DNA from: Octopus bimaculoides
Taxonomy: Eukaryota
Direction: 5' to 3'
NCBI RefSeq assembly: GCF_001194135.2
Contig: NC_068981.1
Span: 23,091,513 to 23,130,854, forward strand
DNA length: 39,342 nt
Below are positions 37,132-39,342 of this stretch, piece by piece. The position numbers and the translations under genes were made by a program. Numbering within the stretch: the stretch's first letter is position 1; each line of letters opens with the position of its first letter. A model generated the notes under the pieces. The model worked only from the letters and a program-made list of their open reading frames with translations. It was not told where the DNA came from and did not search any database.

Positions 37132-37390
37132 CTGAAATAAATAAGAGAGATTTTAGAAAGGGAGAAAACTCTAACAAAAAGTTCTCAAGAAGCCAAAAAA
37201 GGATATACCAGTAATATCTTGCTTTGGATCCTCAAGTAAGCTGTTGTAGTGACACTATTCTAACATATGGTTTGTCTTCGGTGTGTAAACTTGGTCTGAC
37301 TATAGTGGATTTCTTAACACTTCAGGTTTGACAATAATGGATTTCTTAACACACATACACATGCAGAACGAGAATAAGAGAGGGAGGGAC

Positions 37391-37421
<31 letters not shown>

Positions 37422-38276
37422 AAGAAAGGGAGAGAAGAAGAAAGAGCGGGAGAGAAGAAAAGAGTGGAAGAGAGTTAGGAAGTAGGGTGAGAGAAAGAGA
37501 ACTAACCTGTATCAGACTATATCTTAAACTTATTTATTGGCCCTGAGAAGGATGAAAGACAAAGATGACCTCAGTGGCATTTGAACTCAAGAATATAGGC
37601 AGCTAGAATGAATACTGCAAGGCACTCTAACCAATGCTTTAATGCACTAATGGTTGCAAATTTGCCACTTTTAGTAAAAAAGGATAAAAAATGTAAAATG
37701 TAATGTAACAATATAAATCTATTTTTAAGACCATTCGAGCATGGCTGATGCCAGTGCTGCCTGATTGGAATTGAAAAAAAACGTATTATTTATGGGATGA
37801 CCCAATAAATTATTATGTCTCTTAGTAATCTAAAGTCTGACAAGTGCATGTCGAGGAGGTCAAATACAACAGAAACATGCCCAGAGTTATCACCATACTT
37901 GCCAAAGATCAAACACACTCCTCACTGGATTCTCTATTCAAATTTTAGCTAACTTTAATTAAACCCAATTTTGGAGTTGTCTCCTCTACTTCTCTTGACC
38001 CAAAGTATTTATTCTGGTTCATTGTGTTCTGAGTTCAGATCCCATCAAAGCTGACTTTGGGTTAATGACATTGTTTGATCTTTAGGCGCCTTTAGTGAAG
38101 TTCATTCTGTTGTGAAATTTGGGGCCAAGTCTTCAGTTTGAGGATACTTCCCTCCAGCCCTGGAAAGGATCATAGGCACTGTTTTTCTCCTGATTAGGTA
38201 ATTAATATTTTAAAAAATGAATAATGAACAACATGCTGATGGCCTACTAAGGCTGATGCTTAACAGGTGTACTTAC

Positions 38277-38420
38277 TCATCGTTAAATGCACAATCTGCT
38301 ACCCATTCAGTATGTCCTTCACCAGTCACTATCAATTCACCTGCTGGCATCGACCATAGTTTCCAAGTCTTATCATCACTGGCTGTAGCGAGGAGCTTCG
38401 ACTTTGGTTGAAGACACACA
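38277..38420 (-). CDS. SPAG16: SPAG16-like exon (144 bp, phase 2-2); most 5' exon found in the window
   Basis: tcttcctctgcag|(S)VCLQPKSKLLATASDDKTWKLWSMPAGELIVTGEGHTEWVADCAFND(D)|gtaagt; first WD repeat of the SPAG16/PF20 C-terminal domain. Confidence 0.93.
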
Positions 38421-38638
38421 CTGCAGAGGAAGAATGGAATGAAACAGAAAGATTTAGAGAAAAACAACCTCAAACACAGATGTAGATATGGTTGTGTGGT
38501 AAACAGGTTCGCTTCCTAGGTTTGAACCCACAGTGTATAGTTGATTTAATATAGAAGCAGTTGTTGAAGCTGAAGGTGGATTTATTGAAGGTTTATTTTT
38601 ATTCTCATAGCATTTTTGGATAAATAAAGTTATTATCG

Positions 38639-39140
38639 ATAAAAATATTGATATTTCTAAGTCTCTCTAAAGGAGACTACGGCAGCGGTACTGGATATTA
38701 ATAGTTATCTCCAAGCCAACATGGCAGTCCAAAAAATAGGACAAATGCTGCCGTTGATTAGCTCCAAGAGGCCATCGCCTCAAGCTAGCTATGTGACACA
38801 TGAACCTGTGTCCATTATAACCTTTGAACAGGGGAGGTCAGCCGCTTCCCCTTGCTGGTCTGGCATCTACAGACTAGTTTCGGGCTATTGCCCCTTATCA
38901 ATGTAGAACAGCCGAACCCAGCAGGCGTTGCTACTGACCATATGTACAAAGGATTATTTACCTAAATTTAGTGGAATACATCCACTGGTTTTCCAAAATA
39001 GAAATATTAATATTTCTAAGTCTCTCTAAAGGAAACTATGGCAGCGGTACTGGATATTAATAGTTATCGCCAAGCCAACATGACAGTCCAAAAAATAGGA
39101 TGAATGCTGCTGTTGATTAGCTCCAAGAGGCTATCGCCTC
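38639..39140 (-). mobile_element. Partial tandem repeat (359-bp period, ~1.4 units) carrying a hammerhead ribozyme; retrozyme/Penelope-like element
   Basis: 38639-38781 is repeated at 38998-39140 with an offset of exactly 359 at both ends. The hammerhead lies in the unique middle segment. Confidence 0.7.
38866..38907 (-). ncRNA. Minimal type I hammerhead ribozyme, U3-A8 core variant
   Basis: Minus strand: UCUACA-UUGAUAA-G-GGGC(AAUA)GCCC-GAAA-CUAG-UC-UGUAGA. Perfect 6-bp stem I, 4-bp stem II, palindromic ACUAGU stem III, GUC cleavage triplet (C at 38872). Confidence 0.78.
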
Positions 39141-39221
39141 TATATATCTGTTTTTTTTCATAAACATAAATCTGTCCTCAAATATCTTACGCACCCTGTA
39201 TATATATATATATATATATAT

Positions 39222-39342
39222 CATCATCATCATCATCATCATCGTTTAACGTCCGCTTTCCATGCTAGCATAGGTTGGACGATTTGACTGAGGACTGGTG
39301 AAACCGGATGGCAACACCAGGCTCCAATCTGATTTGGCAAAG
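39222..39342 (-). mobile_element. RTE-family 3' end copy (runs off the window)
   Basis: (CAT)n cgtttaacgtccgctttccatgctagc... Confidence 0.85.

Overview
AT-rich, repeat-dense eukaryotic DNA with five N-gaps. The repeat families and microsatellite load suggest a coleoid cephalopod, probably an Octopus draft scaffold (inference). The only well-supported gene is the 3' part of a SPAG16/PF20-like WD40 gene on the minus strand. I traced 8 GT-AG exons by hand (38420 to 22967); they splice in frame to 274 codons plus a stop, and the 5' exons lie beyond the window. The rest is mostly mobile DNA: RTE, CR1/L2, L1-Tx1 and R4/Dong LINE pieces, tRNA-type SINEs, mariner and piggyBac MITEs, and a Helitron remnant. 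Most ORF-track entries are microsatellite or N-gap artefacts. The most notable finding is a 359-bp-period partial tandem repeat at 38639-39140. It contains a minimal type I hammerhead ribozyme fold on the minus strand with a compensatory U3-A8 core in place of C3-G8, which is a retrozyme/Penelope-like layout, and it lies sense-oriented in the presumed SPAG16 intron. All alignments and family assignments were made by eye and from memory; no searches were run.
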